Origin: Candidatus Binatia bacterium
GTDB lineage: Bacteria > Desulfobacterota > Binatia > Bin18
Length of the DNA stretch: 64,000 bases
Reading direction: 5' to 3'
NCBI GenBank assembly: GCA_963664395.2
Contig: OY761159.2
Location: 4,160,001 to 4,224,000, forward strand
This document shows, piece by piece, positions 1-11,060 of this stretch; positions within the stretch are counted from its first letter, which is position 1, and every line of letters starts with the position of its first letter. Made by a program: the position numbers and the translations under genes. The notes beneath the pieces are model-generated. The model had not been told where the DNA came from and made no database searches. It was given only the letters and a program-made list of their open reading frames with translations.

Positions 1-179
1 CTCCACTGGACGATGCCAATGTCGCCCGGTTCAATCAATTGTTGCGGGAAATGAGTGAGACGACGCAGATTGTTTTGATTACGCATAACAAGCGCACTAT
101 GGAGGTGGCAGATACGCTCTACGGTGTCACTATGCAGGAGCCGGGCGTATCGACCATGGTGTCCGTGCGTGTGTCCTAA
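1..179 (+). CDS. smc: Chromosome segregation protein SMC, C-terminal end (partial)
   Basis: Frame from nt 3 reads [58 protein letters not shown], the SMC D-loop/H-loop tail. Its TAA overlaps the ftsY ATG. Confidence 0.92.
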   Translation, partial: PLDDANVARFNQLLREMSETTQIVLITHNKRTMEVADTLYGVTMQEPGVSTMVSVRVS

Positions 180-1243
180 TGGCTCTCCGGTTGTGGCGCC
201 GAAAAAAGAAGGCACAGGCGGCCTCTGCTTCTCCCGCAGCTCCGCAAGCCCACGAGGCCACTCCGGCCCCGCTTACGAAAGACGCGCGCTGGCGACGGGG
301 ACTCACCCGATTACGAGACATCTTGCGTCGTCCCTTTGACGCCTCGGAGCACAGCAAGCAGTCGAGGGAAGTATTCTTTTCGGACCTTGAGGAGGCCCTT
401 ATCCAGGCCGATGTCGGGGTCGAGACCGCCTTATACATTATAGCCCGCCTACGAGCAGGGACGAATAATGCCCGGACAGGCACACAGTCTGAGGACGAGG
501 CTGCAACCCTGCGCACTCAGCTCAAGGAAGAACTCCAATCCATTCTTGAGAGGACGGCTCAGGCGGTTGAACGGGATGATGCCTCTCGTCCAAGAGTTAT
601 TCTTGTTGTCGGTGTCAATGGAGTCGGGAAGACGACCTCTATTGCGAAGTTGGCAGCACGCCTGAGAAAAGAAGGAAAAACAGTCCTGCTGGTCGCCGGG
701 GATACTTTTCGAGCAGCCGCAATTGAACAACTCTCAGTCTGGGCCGAACGCTTAGGCATTGATATTATCAAGCACCAGGACGGAGCTTCGCCCTCCGCAG
801 TTGTCTTTGACGGTGTCCGGGCCGCGGCGGCGCGCGCGGTCGACGTGGTCCTTATTGATACGGCCGGGCGGCTTCATACCAAAACGCCGCTTATGGAGGA
901 GCTCAAAAAAATGTACCGGGTCATTGGGCGGGAGATCCCTGGGGCACCGCATGAGGTATTGCTGGTTTTGGATGCCAGCACTGGCCAAAATGCCCTCAGT
1001 CAGGCACGGGCTTTTCAGGCCGCTTTTCCGCTTACCGGTGTGATCCTCTCTAAAATGGATGGATCAGCAAAAGGCGGTATTGCCCTGGCCGTCGGTAGTC
1101 AGCTTGGGGTGCCAATTCAGTATATTGGACTTGGCGAGCAGCTTGAAGATTTAGAAGTATTCTCCCCGGCTGACTTTATGACTGCACTCTTCGAGCAGCC
1201 TGCGGACGATATTTCCCTTGACGCCATGTCCGAGAGGCAATAG
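179..1243 (+). CDS. ftsY: Signal recognition particle receptor FtsY
   Basis: GVNGVGKTT, DTFRAAA, DTAGR, SKMDGSAKGG motifs; follows smc. Confidence 0.97.
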   Translation: MALRLWRRKKKAQAASASPAAPQAHEATPAPLTKDARWRRGLTRLRDILRRPFDASEHSKQSREVFFSDLEEALIQADVGVETALYIIARLRAGTNNARTGTQSEDEAATLRTQLKEELQSILERTAQAVERDDASRPRVILVVGVNGVGKTTSIAKLAARLRKEGKTVLLVAGDTFRAAAIEQLSVWAERLGIDIIKHQDGASPSAVVFDGVRAAAARAVDVVLIDTAGRLHTKTPLMEELKKMYRVIGREIPGAPHEVLLVLDASTGQNALSQARAFQAAFPLTGVILSKMDGSAKGGIALAVGSQLGVPIQYIGLGEQLEDLEVFSPADFMTALFEQPADDISLDAMSERQ

Positions 1244-1246
1244 AGT
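1218..1246 (+). promoter_or_regulatory. Putative sigma70 promoter for zapB-zapA
   Basis: TTGACG (1218-1223), 17-nt spacer, TAGAGT (1241-1246), upstream of the ATG at 1273. Confidence 0.45.
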
Positions 1247-1272
1247 AAACCTTTACTTTATGCTAGGGTGGT

Positions 1273-1515
1273 ATGGCGCTGGAAAGCCTAAAACTTCTTG
1301 AGACGAAATTGAGTGGATTCTTAGAACGCCACGAGCAGGTCCGGAGTGAAAATAGTGCACTCATGGTTCGGATTGATAAACATGAGTACGAACATGCGCT
1401 TCTGCTCAAGCGGATGCAGCAGTACGAAGCTGAGCGGAACGAGGTTCGTGGCCGCTTAGAGAAAATCCTGACTCAATTCAGTCATTTGGGCATTGTCTTG
1501 GAGGACGAGGGCTAG
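1273..1515 (+). CDS. zapB: Cell division coiled-coil protein, ZapB-like
   Basis: 80-aa heptad coiled coil directly upstream of zapA. Confidence 0.7.
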   Translation: MALESLKLLETKLSGFLERHEQVRSENSALMVRIDKHEYEHALLLKRMQQYEAERNEVRGRLEKILTQFSHLGIVLEDEG

Positions 1516-1518
1516 GCT

Positions 1519-1920
1519 ATGAAGCGATTAATGGAAGTGCATATTTTTGGACAATCCTTCACTATCAATAGTGAAGATGATGAGCAATATGTTCGAAAAG
1601 TTACTTCTTTTGTTGACCAGCGCATGCGCCAGATTGCGGAAAGTGCAAAAGTGACGGTTCCTCTTCGAGTCGCGATTATGGCGGCGTTGAGCATTGCCGA
1701 CGAATTGGCCAAGTTCAGTCAGCAGGAATCGAGCCAGCAAGAAACCGAGCTTATCCAGGAAGCCGAGCTGATTTCGAGCCGGCTCCTTGAGAGTTTGGAA
1801 AAAGCCGAAAGCCTCGAAAATGGGGCAACGGCTGATAACACTTTGAGCTCACAACCTGCCAGCCAGTTGCCTTCCATGCTCAATGGAGAAGAGAGGAAAG
1901 TGACACCACTCGCATCCTGA
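1519..1920 (+). CDS. zapA: Cell division protein ZapA
   Basis: VHIFGQSFTI...YVRKVTSFVDQRM...VAIMAALSIADEL pattern. Confidence 0.9.
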   Translation: MKRLMEVHIFGQSFTINSEDDEQYVRKVTSFVDQRMRQIAESAKVTVPLRVAIMAALSIADELAKFSQQESSQQETELIQEAELISSRLLESLEKAESLENGATADNTLSSQPASQLPSMLNGEERKVTPLAS

Positions 1921-1934
1921 AGGTGAGTGGCTCC

Positions 1935-2125
1935 GGTTGTACTATCCCCTCTTGCGCTCCTTCCGCCCTTGAATGAAGAAGGAAGGAGATCGTCCTAATT
2001 GACGATAGACGGTGCTCGTTGTCATCTCAGGGGCCTCTGTCTATTCAGAGTGACCTCCGAGCCCATGTCTTATTGAGCAGAAAGGATATGTCCGAAGCGG
2101 ATGTGTAGTAGGGGAAGTAGCTACC
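1935..2125 (+). ncRNA. ssrS: 6S RNA (SsrS)
   Basis: Canonical position just after zapA. About 190 nt whose 5' end (GGTTGTACTATCCCCTCTTGCGCTCC) can pair with its 3' end (GGATGTGTAGTAGGGGAAGTAGCTACC) to close a long rod. Ends approximate. Confidence 0.75.
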
Positions 2126-2167
2126 ACGGCGAGGTCATGCGACCTGAGTGTGGTAAGGAGGTGAATA

Positions 2168-3718
2168 ATGGAACTTTTCTTAGGACTGCTGATAGGTACA
2201 GCTGGTGCCGGAGGATTCGTCTTCCTGCGTCAAAAATGGAATCAAGAAACCATACACGGTGCAGAGGAGGCCGCGCAACAGATTCTTGATGAAGCAAAAA
2301 AAGAAGGCTCGGTCATTAAACGAGAATCCCAAGTGCAGGCCAAGGATACGATTCTGCAGGCAAAAGGCGAAGTAGAGAAGGAAATAAACGAAAGGCGGAA
2401 AGAAATTCAACAGGTTGAGCGACGTATCCAAGGACGTGATGAAGTATTGGAGAAGCGTTCCGAGGCCCTGGCTGGTCGGGAAGACAGCTTGAACCGTCGT
2501 GAACAAAGCCTCAAGAATAAAGCGGACGATTATCAGAAAAAAGAGCAAGAGTACGACCACTTAATAGGCCAAACGCACCAGAAACTTGAACAAATAGCGG
2601 GCCTCAGTCGAGATGAGGCGAAACAAGTCCTGGTTGACCAGATGACTGAGGAGGCTCGCCAAGATGCCTCACGACGGATCATGACCATAGAAGAAGAGGC
2701 ACGAGAAGAAGCGACCCGTCGGGCCCGAAAAATTATCAGTATTGCGATTGAACGCCTGTCCGGTGAGTTTGTTTCCGAACGCACTGCATCGGTTATTCAT
2801 CTCCCAAGCGATGATATGAAAGGCCGTATTATTGGCCGTGAGGGACGAAACATCCGGGCGTTTGAGGCTGCGACTGGAGTTGACCTTGTTATTGATGATA
2901 CTCCGGAAGCGGTGCTGATTTCGAGTCATAGTCCCATTCGACGAGAAATTACGCGGGTTGCGCTTGAGCGGTTGATTTCGGACGGTCGCATTAATCCGGG
3001 CCGTATCGAAGAGGTCGTGAAAAAAGCTGAAGGCGAAGTTGAAGAATCCGTCCGTGAGGCTGGTCAACGCGCAGTGCTTGAACTTGGCATCCATGGGGTG
3101 CATCCCGAGATCATCAAGCTGATTGGGATGTTGAAGTATCGCTATAGCTATGGCCAGAATGTCCTCATGCATTCAATAGAAACGGCATATATCTGCGGTA
3201 TTATCGCAGCCGAATTGGGGCTCAATGAGAAGCAAGCCAGACGTTCAGGACTTCTCCACGACATCGGGAAAGCAGTTTCTCATGAGATTGAAGGGTCGCA
3301 CGCGATCATCGGCGGAGAAGTGGCTCGTAAATACGGCGAGTCGGCAAAAATAGTCAACGCCATTGCTGCACACCACGAGGAGGTCCGGGCGGAAACCGTT
3401 CTCGCACCAATTGTTGATGCCGCTGATGCGTTGTCCGGCGCGCGGCCGGGCGCGCGCCGAGAGGTGCTGGAAAGCTATGTCAGACGCCTCGAAGATCTGG
3501 AGCGCATCAGTGGTGCGTATAATGGCGTGGAGAAGTCATTTGCTGTGCAAGCCGGACGCGAAGTGCGCATTATGGTGAATCCGGGCTCAGTGTCGGATGG
3601 TGATGCATCGAGCATTGCCAGAGGGGTGGCCAAACAAATCGAGAGTGAGATGACGTATCCCGGTCAAATTAAAGTCACGGTCATCCGCGAATCGCGATCC
3701 ACCGAATACGCGCGTTAA
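2168..3718 (+). CDS. rny: Ribonuclease Y
   Basis: N-terminal TM, coiled coil, KH ([14 protein letters not shown]), HD (LLHDIGK), C-terminal [12 protein letters not shown]. Confidence 0.97.
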   Translation: MELFLGLLIGTAGAGGFVFLRQKWNQETIHGAEEAAQQILDEAKKEGSVIKRESQVQAKDTILQAKGEVEKEINERRKEIQQVERRIQGRDEVLEKRSEALAGREDSLNRREQSLKNKADDYQKKEQEYDHLIGQTHQKLEQIAGLSRDEAKQVLVDQMTEEARQDASRRIMTIEEEAREEATRRARKIISIAIERLSGEFVSERTASVIHLPSDDMKGRIIGREGRNIRAFEAATGVDLVIDDTPEAVLISSHSPIRREITRVALERLISDGRINPGRIEEVVKKAEGEVEESVREAGQRAVLELGIHGVHPEIIKLIGMLKYRYSYGQNVLMHSIETAYICGIIAAELGLNEKQARRSGLLHDIGKAVSHEIEGSHAIIGGEVARKYGESAKIVNAIAAHHEEVRAETVLAPIVDAADALSGARPGARREVLESYVRRLEDLERISGAYNGVEKSFAVQAGREVRIMVNPGSVSDGDASSIARGVAKQIESEMTYPGQIKVTVIRESRSTEYAR

Positions 3719-3732
3719 AAGGTCAGGAGGCT

Positions 3733-4941
3733 ATGGCCCTGTTAGTTGAAGAACAACTCAAGGAAATTGAACGAGGAAGCGTTGATATTATTCCGCTGGA
3801 AGCGCTCAAGCAAAAGCTGGGACGCGGGAAACCCTTACGTGTGAAATGGGGCGCGGACCCTTCCGCCCCGGACTTGCATCTCGGTCATACCGTTGTCCTG
3901 AACAAACTCCGCCAGTTCCAGGAGTTAGGTCACACTGTCATTTTCTTAATCGGTGACTTTACTGCCATGATCGGTGACCCCACCGGTCGTTCTGAAACGC
4001 GTAAAGCCCTGACACGCGAGCAAGTCAAGGCGAACGCTGAGACCTACACGCAGCAGGTCTTTAAGATTCTTGATCCTGGCCGAACCGAACTGCGTTTTAA
4101 CTCAGAATGGATCGATCCTCTTTCGCCCACTGATATGGTCAAGCTGTGCGGCCACTATACAGTGGCCCGGTTGCTTGAGCGGGATGATTTTTCCAAACGC
4201 TTTAAAACCGGTGTGCCTATCCACGTGCATGAATTTCTGTACCCGCTGATCCAGGGCTATGATTCTGTTGCCCTTCAGGCAGACGTTGAGCTCGGTGGAA
4301 CAGACCAACGCTTTAATCTCTTGGTCGGACGTGAGATGCAGCGCGGCTTTGGCCAGGAACCTCAGGTCATTCTGACGACGCCTATTCTCGAAGGTATTAA
4401 TGGTACGCAAAAGATGAGCAAATCGCTGGGTAACGCGGTGGGCATAACGGACCCACCGGACGACATGTACGGTAAGATCATGTCGATTTCTGACGCGCTG
4501 ATGCTCAGCTACTACGAACTGCTCAGTTCCGTTGATGCCGCCCATGTCCAAGCGGTCGCAGCCGGACGCATCCATCCCATGGAGGCCAAGAAGCAATTGG
4601 CGGCCGAGCTGGTGACTCGCTTTCATGGCGGCCCGGCGGCCGCGTGCTCGGCAGAAGAATTTTCTCGGCGTTTTCAGTACGGGCAACCTCCAGAAGAGAT
4701 AGGGTCGTACGCCTGGGCTGGTACGGAACCTCAAGTCTGGGTTTGCCATGTACTGAAGACCTCGGGCCTCGTGAAATCGACGAGCGAGGCCCGTCGGCTC
4801 ATCCAGCAAGGTGGGGTGAGACTAGCTGGTGAACGAGTGAGTGACGCTGAGCTGCAGATCCCAGCGCAAGGAGAGGTGGTCCTCCAGGTTGGTAAACGGC
4901 GCATCCTCAAGATCGTCTTTGGGGCAGAGGCACCCTCTTGA
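3733..4941 (+). CDS. tyrS: Tyrosine--tRNA ligase
   Basis: HLGH, GGTDQ, KMSKS, C-terminal S4 domain. Confidence 0.97.
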   Translation: MALLVEEQLKEIERGSVDIIPLEALKQKLGRGKPLRVKWGADPSAPDLHLGHTVVLNKLRQFQELGHTVIFLIGDFTAMIGDPTGRSETRKALTREQVKANAETYTQQVFKILDPGRTELRFNSEWIDPLSPTDMVKLCGHYTVARLLERDDFSKRFKTGVPIHVHEFLYPLIQGYDSVALQADVELGGTDQRFNLLVGREMQRGFGQEPQVILTTPILEGINGTQKMSKSLGNAVGITDPPDDMYGKIMSISDALMLSYYELLSSVDAAHVQAVAAGRIHPMEAKKQLAAELVTRFHGGPAAACSAEEFSRRFQYGQPPEEIGSYAWAGTEPQVWVCHVLKTSGLVKSTSEARRLIQQGGVRLAGERVSDAELQIPAQGEVVLQVGKRRILKIVFGAEAPS

Positions 4942-5861
4942 CCTGCGTTATGTCATCCTCGCCTGACTCTGCCCATCGGTGTGGTTTTATCTCGCTCGTT
5001 GGCCGTCCCAACGTCGGGAAATCAACACTGCTCAATACTTTGATAGGAGCTCGGATTGCCATTGTCTCGCCCAAGCCCCAAACCACACGAACGCGTATAA
5101 CCGGTATCAAAACCCAGTCTGACGCCCAACTCATTTTTGTTGATACACCGGGTATCCATGGCCGTCAGCATTCTCTGCTCAATCGGCGCATGGTTGGTAC
5201 TGCCCTGCGTGCCTTGCAAGAAACCGATGTCACGCTCTTCCTGGTCGATGCGGCGCAGGGTCTGACCGCAGCCGATAAACAGATTGCCCAGCGCCTCACC
5301 CAGCTCAAGAGTCATGTCCTGGTTGGGCTGAACAAGATTGACCTTGTCCAGAAAGTAGCCCTCATTCCGCTGCTCGAACAGTTAGGGCAGGTGCTGCCTG
5401 AGTATGAGGTGATTCCTGTCAGCGCGCTCAAAGGGGAGAATACGGCCGAACTCGTGTCCACACTGATTACCGTTCTCCCGACTGGCCCGGCACTCTACCC
5501 GGATGATGATGTCACGGATCAGAGCGAACGGGTACTCGCCCAGGAGTTGGTCCGGGAACAGCTGTTTTTCCATACCCAACAGGAAATTCCGTATCATACG
5601 GCTGTTATTGTTGAGCGCTTTGAAGAGGTCGTTGAGAAACCGCTGGTACGTATTTACGCAACAATCCACGTTGAGCGGCCGTCCCAGAAGGCCATTGTCA
5701 TCGGTCAAAAAGGAGTCCGGCTCAAGAAAATCGGCCAGGCCGCGCGCCAGCGTATGGAAGCCTTTTTTGGCTGCCAGGTATATCTGGAACTCTTTGTGAA
5801 AATTTCAAAAGGCTGGACGAATAGCCTTGGGATGCTGCGCGAATTGGGATTATCGCATTAG
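4938..5861 (+). CDS. era: GTPase Era
   Basis: [24 protein letters not shown] domain with VIGQKG. Confidence 0.97.
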   Translation: MTCVMSSSPDSAHRCGFISLVGRPNVGKSTLLNTLIGARIAIVSPKPQTTRTRITGIKTQSDAQLIFVDTPGIHGRQHSLLNRRMVGTALRALQETDVTLFLVDAAQGLTAADKQIAQRLTQLKSHVLVGLNKIDLVQKVALIPLLEQLGQVLPEYEVIPVSALKGENTAELVSTLITVLPTGPALYPDDDVTDQSERVLAQELVREQLFFHTQQEIPYHTAVIVERFEEVVEKPLVRIYATIHVERPSQKAIVIGQKGVRLKKIGQAARQRMEAFFGCQVYLELFVKISKGWTNSLGMLRELGLSH

Positions 5862-5952
5862 CGGGAAACGGATTGCTGCTTGAGGAAAAACCTCAACCTC
5901 TGACGAGGGCTCACCGCTTGACGAACGAGAGACGACATAACGGAGTAGGATA

Positions 5953-7323
5953 ATGGGCTGGCTGGCCGGCTGGGGAATGGTCCTGACTCGCTGGACGGAA
6001 CGCTGGATACCCGACTCGTGGGTCATCGCCGTCATGTTGACGCTCGTTGTGGCCCTCCTTGCCCTTACGGTCGGGGGTGCCTCTCCTGCGACTGCATTGA
6101 CCGCGTGGGGGGATGGCTTATGGGCCTTACTCAGCCTCACCATGCAGTTTACCGTCATGATGGTCGTGGCGTATGCCTGCGCCGTATCCCCTCCGCTTAA
6201 GCGGCTGTTTGTGTGGCTCGCCTCGTGTCCCAATCCGGACAAACCGCGCCAGGCGATTATCCTCATGGCCTTGTTTTCGACAGTCACGGCCTGGCTCAAC
6301 TGGGCCTTGAGTCTCGTCATTTCGGCGGCGTTTCTCCCTTTTATGGTGCGTTCCAACCCGCGCGTGGACTTTCGCTTGCTCGTAACGTGTGCCTATCTCG
6401 GCGTCGGAACGGTGTGGCATACCGGCTTATCCGGCTCGGCTCCGCTCATCATTGCAACGCCGGATAATTTTCTCATCAAGGCCGGGGTCTTATCGGAAAC
6501 CATTCCCACCACGCAGACCATATTTGCCTCGTTCAATTTATGGTACGCGCTTGCGGCGGGACTTGTGGGTATTCTTATTGCCGCAATTCTTGTCCCACCA
6601 GCAGCGGCCGCAGTGACGGCCTCGCCCGCACAGGTCGACCGCTTGGAAGCGTTGAACGAATCAATACAAAAACCAGACTCGATGCGACCGGCAGAGAAAA
6701 TGGAATGGTGGCCCGGCTGGTCCCTGATTGCCAGTAGCGCCATGCTGCTCTACTTCGGGCTCCAGATTATCGAAAAAGGCTTTGGCCAGACCTGGACGAT
6801 TGATAATTACAACCTGTTATTCCTGGCCTTGGGCCTTCTCCTGCACTGGTATCCCAAGTCCTTTTTGCACGCCTGTGAACAAGGGATTCGCAATACCTGG
6901 GGGATCGTCATTCAGTACCCTTTGTACGCAGGAATTTTTGGACTGATGTCCTATACCGCTCTGGGTGAAGTGCTGACTGCCTTTTTCATTGACGCCAGTT
7001 CGCCCCGAACCTTTCCATCAATTGTGTATCTGTATTCCGGGGTGCTGAACTATTTCGTGCCGTCGGGCGGGTCGAAATGGATCGTTGAAGCCTCCTATCT
7101 CATCCCGGCCGGCCAGACCTTGGGACTCTCTATCCCAACCATCACACTGAGCTATGCGTATGGAGACATGACGACCAACTTGTTGCAACCCTTTTGGGCG
7201 ATTCCCATTCTCACCGTTGCCGGACTGCGCTTTGGCGATATCATGGGCTATTGCTTGCTCTTGGCCGGATTTCTGGTCCTGTTTAATCTGTGCGCGTTGT
7301 TCTTGATCCCGTTGCAGCTCTGA
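5953..7323 (+). CDS. atoE: Short-chain fatty acid transporter (AtoE family)
   Basis: Polytopic membrane protein with WHTGLSGSAPL, NYFVPSGGSKW, YGDMTTNLLQPFWAIP. Confidence 0.88.
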   Translation: MGWLAGWGMVLTRWTERWIPDSWVIAVMLTLVVALLALTVGGASPATALTAWGDGLWALLSLTMQFTVMMVVAYACAVSPPLKRLFVWLASCPNPDKPRQAIILMALFSTVTAWLNWALSLVISAAFLPFMVRSNPRVDFRLLVTCAYLGVGTVWHTGLSGSAPLIIATPDNFLIKAGVLSETIPTTQTIFASFNLWYALAAGLVGILIAAILVPPAAAAVTASPAQVDRLEALNESIQKPDSMRPAEKMEWWPGWSLIASSAMLLYFGLQIIEKGFGQTWTIDNYNLLFLALGLLLHWYPKSFLHACEQGIRNTWGIVIQYPLYAGIFGLMSYTALGEVLTAFFIDASSPRTFPSIVYLYSGVLNYFVPSGGSKWIVEASYLIPAGQTLGLSIPTITLSYAYGDMTTNLLQPFWAIPILTVAGLRFGDIMGYCLLLAGFLVLFNLCALFLIPLQL

Positions 7324-7354
7324 CCCTCTGACCATGCCCCCTGCGCATATCCGT

Positions 7355-7708
7355 CTACGTCTCTGTTTTTGACGGCGTATAAATCGGGGTGGGGAGTTGG
7401 GCCACTTTCCCGTTCGAATCCGAGGCGGGATGGATTTTACTGGCCCCTCGTTTTTCTACTTCATCGATACGGACCACCGAGTGCAACGGAATATAGGTGC
7501 GTTCCACATCCGCGAATTCGTGCTGCAAGCTTTCTTCTGATGGGTCAATGACGAGGGTCGATTTCTCGCCAAAGAGCAGTCCCTCCACTGCGACAAATCC
7601 AAATAATTCGCCGTGACTGATGCTTTTGGCGTAAATTTCGTACACTTTGCCTTCATTCAGAAAGACAATTTTATACACTTTTTTCTTGACCGTGCGTCCG
7701 GTTGCCAT
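7355..7708 (-). CDS. DUF1820 family protein
   Basis: YKIVFLNEGKVYEIYA...VIDPSEE...RTYIPLHSVVRIDEVEKRG; start set at the ATG at 7708. Confidence 0.8.
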   Translation of the reverse strand: MATGRTVKKKVYKIVFLNEGKVYEIYAKSISHGELFGFVAVEGLLFGEKSTLVIDPSEESLQHEFADVERTYIPLHSVVRIDEVEKRGASKIHPASDSNGKVAQLPTPIYTPSKTET

Positions 7709-7804
7709 AGTGTTGTATTCTACCTCTATACAATAGTGTTGGTTGGGTATCGGCAAGCAGAGGGCAGGCCCTCTTTGCCCAGACACAAAGATTGGTCTTC
7801 ATCC

Positions 7805-7841
7805 CAAGATTGTCAACCCGTCAAGATTGTCAACCCGTCAA
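7805..7841. repeat. 17-bp tandem duplication CAAGATTGTCAACCCGT x2 (+CAA)
   Basis: Exact copies at 7805 and 7822; the array end overlaps the dacB stop codon. Confidence 0.9.
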
Positions 7842-9403
7842 TAGGTGCGTCTCCAATATGAGAGCAGCGCATACTCGAATGCTTTGGCCCGCTCAGTCCA
7901 TGCTTGGGCTTCCGGAGGTGTTTGTATTTTTCCGGCATTGCGGGCGGTGTCAAATACCGCTCGTTTGGCAAAGTCCGTCAGGAGGAGGGCGAATCCTAAT
8001 TGGTGTCCTTTGCGTGTTGTCAGCCTGCCGGCCAGCCCATCGGCATAGCTCATCGTGCCTGACTTGGCTTGCACCTTTTTTCTGAGGTCAGTCTGCTCTT
8101 TCTTCCACTCCGGATGAGGCAGGAGGTCAAGAAAGGTCGCCGTCTCGTCTGACTCGACAGTCTGTCTGGCTGTGAGCGTTGCTCCGTAATGGACTGTTGC
8201 GGCCAGATGGCGGGGCGAGTGGCGGGACGTGCTGCTCAGGCCTGAATGGTTCATGCTCACAAACCCGGTCCAGTCTGTCTGCGGAAGACGCCGCTGATAC
8301 CAGTTTGTCAACACTGCTGCCGAGTCTGGAATGGATAACGGCAGGTCGCTCAGTTTGCGTGAGGTGACGAGGCCGATGAGTTCTGCGGACAGATTATTAC
8401 TGTAGAGCAGCATCCCACTGAGAATTTCCGGGAGGGGTTTGCTGTAATGGGTATGGAGGAGACGTGCGTTGGCTGGGGCTTTTGCGGCTTGAGGCTGGAG
8501 CAGGTTGATGCCGCGTTGCAGACAGTAGGTGCGAAACAAAGAGGCCGCGAGCCGCCCTGGGGCTTGCTTGACCGGTAGTTCTTTGAAGCCCTGGGCCGGA
8601 AGCTGAGGCGAGAGCAGCCAGCGGTCCATTCCTCCTCCGCCGCCTCCGTCAAGGATAAAAGAGTCCTGAGATTGGATGCTCGTAGGAATCGGGCCAGTAC
8701 TGACGCCGGCAACCGGAAGAAAAATACCGTCCGCCGGCGACCACAACCGGGTCCGAAAATTTGTGGCTCCGGGCTTTCCCTGCCAGCGTAACTGCACCCG
8801 GTTGTAATTGAGCGAGAGGGCGCTCGCACCGGGGTTATACACGGCCGCGACGGGTTGCCTGGGGTTGATTTCATGTGTTGCCGTGATGACGGCCTCATCA
8901 AAAGAAAACCGGCCGTTCACTCGGGTAATGCCGGCGGCTTTCAGGGCGTCAACAAAGCCTCGGAGGTCGTTCGTTGACAACGTTGGATCTCCACCCCCGA
9001 CCAGATACAGCTCTCCGTGCAGGGTGGATTTCCGTACTTCCCCTGTTGCGAGCAGGCGGGTCTCAAACCGATAGTCCGCCCCGAGAATTTCAAACGCGGC
9101 CAGGGCGGTCATGAGCTTTGTGGTCGAGGCCGGGATACGAGGCGTGTCGGCGTCATACGTGTCGACAACCCGACCATCCGTCAGACGAAACAGATGGTAG
9201 CCAACGTCTTGGGAGTCCAGCCGATGGTGTTGGAGGAGGCGCTTCAGCGACTTCGGAGAAGTCTGCGCCCGGACACACTGCGGGGATGCTAAGACACCGA
9301 GCCAAAGGGCTATGACTGCCAGGGTGCAGGCGAGTCCGAAAGAAGAGCGGGACCGGCTGGAATACGCAGATGCCGTGGCGCGGCGCGTCCGAGTAGCGCG
9401 CAT
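7838..9403 (-). CDS. dacB: D-alanyl-D-alanine carboxypeptidase/endopeptidase (PBP4, peptidase S13)
   Basis: Signal peptide; PASTTK (SxxK), GGGDPTL, SNN, KSGT. Confidence 0.88.
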   Translation of the reverse strand: MRATRTRRATASAYSSRSRSSFGLACTLAVIALWLGVLASPQCVRAQTSPKSLKRLLQHHRLDSQDVGYHLFRLTDGRVVDTYDADTPRIPASTTKLMTALAAFEILGADYRFETRLLATGEVRKSTLHGELYLVGGGDPTLSTNDLRGFVDALKAAGITRVNGRFSFDEAVITATHEINPRQPVAAVYNPGASALSLNYNRVQLRWQGKPGATNFRTRLWSPADGIFLPVAGVSTGPIPTSIQSQDSFILDGGGGGGMDRWLLSPQLPAQGFKELPVKQAPGRLAASLFRTYCLQRGINLLQPQAAKAPANARLLHTHYSKPLPEILSGMLLYSNNLSAELIGLVTSRKLSDLPLSIPDSAAVLTNWYQRRLPQTDWTGFVSMNHSGLSSTSRHSPRHLAATVHYGATLTARQTVESDETATFLDLLPHPEWKKEQTDLRKKVQAKSGTMSYADGLAGRLTTRKGHQLGFALLLTDFAKRAVFDTARNAGKIQTPPEAQAWTERAKAFEYALLSYWRRTY

Positions 9404-9438
9404 GTCTATGGGGTTTCTCCCTGCTGTGGCGACTAGGG

Positions 9439-10602
9439 CTAACGCAACAATGCCCGGGCAATCACCATACGGTGGACCTCGGACGGCCCTTCTCCAATGC
9501 GCCGGACTCGCGCCTCACGATACCAGCGTTCCAGCGGAAACTCTTTTGACACGCCATAGCCGCCATGAATCTGTACGGCATTATCGATCACCCGGCCCAG
9601 GACTTCGCTTGAATACAGTTTCGCAATCGAGGCTTCAACCCGGGCATCTTCTCCCCGGTCGGCTTTCCAGGCGCCGTCCCAGATGAGCAAGCGCGTTGCG
9701 CGTAATTCAACCTCCGCATCGGCCAGCATCCACTGAATTGCCTGGCGCTGGCTTAAGAGTTCGCCAAACGTTTCACGCTGCTTGGCATGTTGGATAGCCA
9801 TACGCTGGGCTGCAATGGCAACCCCGAGGTTCGCTGCTGAGTAGGGAAATCGGGCTTTGGTCAGCAGGTCAAAGCACAGGTAGAGTCCCTGGCCTTCTTC
9901 GCCAATCATATTTTCGGCCGGCACCCGGCAATCTTCAAAAGACACTTCGTTGGGCAGCGAGACGGTCCTGATAGTCTTGAACGGGCGGGCGGTAAAGCCA
10001 GGGGTTCCTTTGTCAATAATAAAGCAACTGATGCCCTTGCGGCCTTTTGCCGGGTCGGTACGGACAAAGACGACACCCCATTCGGCTTCATGCGCGTGTG
10101 AGATGAAGGTTTTTGAGCCGTTAATAACCCACGTATCCCCATCTCGCACGGCCCGGGTTTGAATGGCCCCAGCCGGGTCTGAACCGCCGCTTGGTTCGGT
10201 GATCGCAAAGAAGGTGTACAGGCCGTTTTTCAGCGTGGGCACGGCATATTTTTGAATCTGCTCCGGGCTGCCGGCATAAATAGGGTTCGGGGGATAGCGG
10301 CCAAACGTTCCGCAGCCGGGATTGTACAAGCCCATACGGTGCTGAGCCATCTCTTCCAGGGCGATAGACAGGCTAAAGGTGTTCAGGCCCCCGCCTCCGT
10401 ACTCCTTGGGTGCGCCGAGACACCAGAGCTCGGCGGCCTTGGTTTTTGCTGACAGACGGTCGTAGACGTCGTCGGGTAAATCCGCTGCATCAGGATCGAT
10501 GGCTTGTTCGGCCGGAATAATTTCCTCGCGTACAAAACGACGAATTTGATCTTGCAGCAGGGTCAGTTCTTCGGGCAGGGTGTAGCCCTGGAAGTCGCTC
10601 AT
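9439..10602 (-). CDS. Acyl-CoA dehydrogenase
   Basis: FAITEPSGGSD, INGSKTFIS, QIHGGYG, RIGEGPSEV. Confidence 0.93.
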   Translation of the reverse strand: MSDFQGYTLPEELTLLQDQIRRFVREEIIPAEQAIDPDAADLPDDVYDRLSAKTKAAELWCLGAPKEYGGGGLNTFSLSIALEEMAQHRMGLYNPGCGTFGRYPPNPIYAGSPEQIQKYAVPTLKNGLYTFFAITEPSGGSDPAGAIQTRAVRDGDTWVINGSKTFISHAHEAEWGVVFVRTDPAKGRKGISCFIIDKGTPGFTARPFKTIRTVSLPNEVSFEDCRVPAENMIGEEGQGLYLCFDLLTKARFPYSAANLGVAIAAQRMAIQHAKQRETFGELLSQRQAIQWMLADAEVELRATRLLIWDGAWKADRGEDARVEASIAKLYSSEVLGRVIDNAVQIHGGYGVSKEFPLERWYREARVRRIGEGPSEVHRMVIARALLR

Positions 10603-10617
10603 TGGGAACCCTCGCGC

Positions 10618-11043
10618 TTAGACTGAACCAGCCCGTTTGAATTTGGGTAAGGTCACTTCTGGTGTGACATCGTCAAACTCGACCTCAACCGGCAGGTCAA
10701 GCGTCAAGTCAGTGTCGTCCACATCGGTGAGCCAACTGAGCATCCGGACTCCTTCTTCCAGTTCCACCACTACGGGGCTATAGGGCACGAGGTCGGCAAA
10801 CTGTGGCAACATGGGCTGCATGGCCGTCGTCCATGAAAAGAGTGTGCCTTTGCCCGAAGATTTGGCCCACTCCCACGCAAACGAACCACACTTGGCGCAC
10901 ATATCACGCGGGACATGTCGCCAGGTGCGACAGCTCGTGCAACGCTGAAAGCGGAGTTCGTGCTGTTTGCAATACGCATAAAACTCGGCTGCGAAACCCC
11001 GCATTTTCGGGACCGGACGCTTATATTCGTGTGTTTCCGCCAT
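10618..11043 (-). CDS. DUF35 (Zn-ribbon + OB-fold, ChsH2-C-like) protein
   Basis: QRCTSC...PRDMCAKC Zn ribbon, then OB fold (VELEEGVRM); adjacent to a thiolase-like gene. Confidence 0.9.
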   Translation of the reverse strand: MAETHEYKRPVPKMRGFAAEFYAYCKQHELRFQRCTSCRTWRHVPRDMCAKCGSFAWEWAKSSGKGTLFSWTTAMQPMLPQFADLVPYSPVVVELEEGVRMLSWLTDVDDTDLTLDLPVEVEFDDVTPEVTLPKFKRAGSV

Positions 11044-11060
11044 TATTAGTCTCTCTCCTG

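Noticed and set aside
4102-4809. Long antisense ORFs (also 10803-11699, 15384-16055, 28136-28822, 57411-58085, 59249-59923)
   Set aside because: Shadow frames opposite well-supported genes in GC-rich DNA, with no recognisable motifs.
5863-5880. Sigma54 promoter upstream of atoE (GG-N10-GC)
   Set aside because: Spacing fits but the TGGCAC element is absent; too weak to call.
7805-7841. CRISPR-like or iteron repeat
   Set aside because: Two abutting copies with no spacer; no cas or rep genes nearby. The same applies to the other short tandem arrays.
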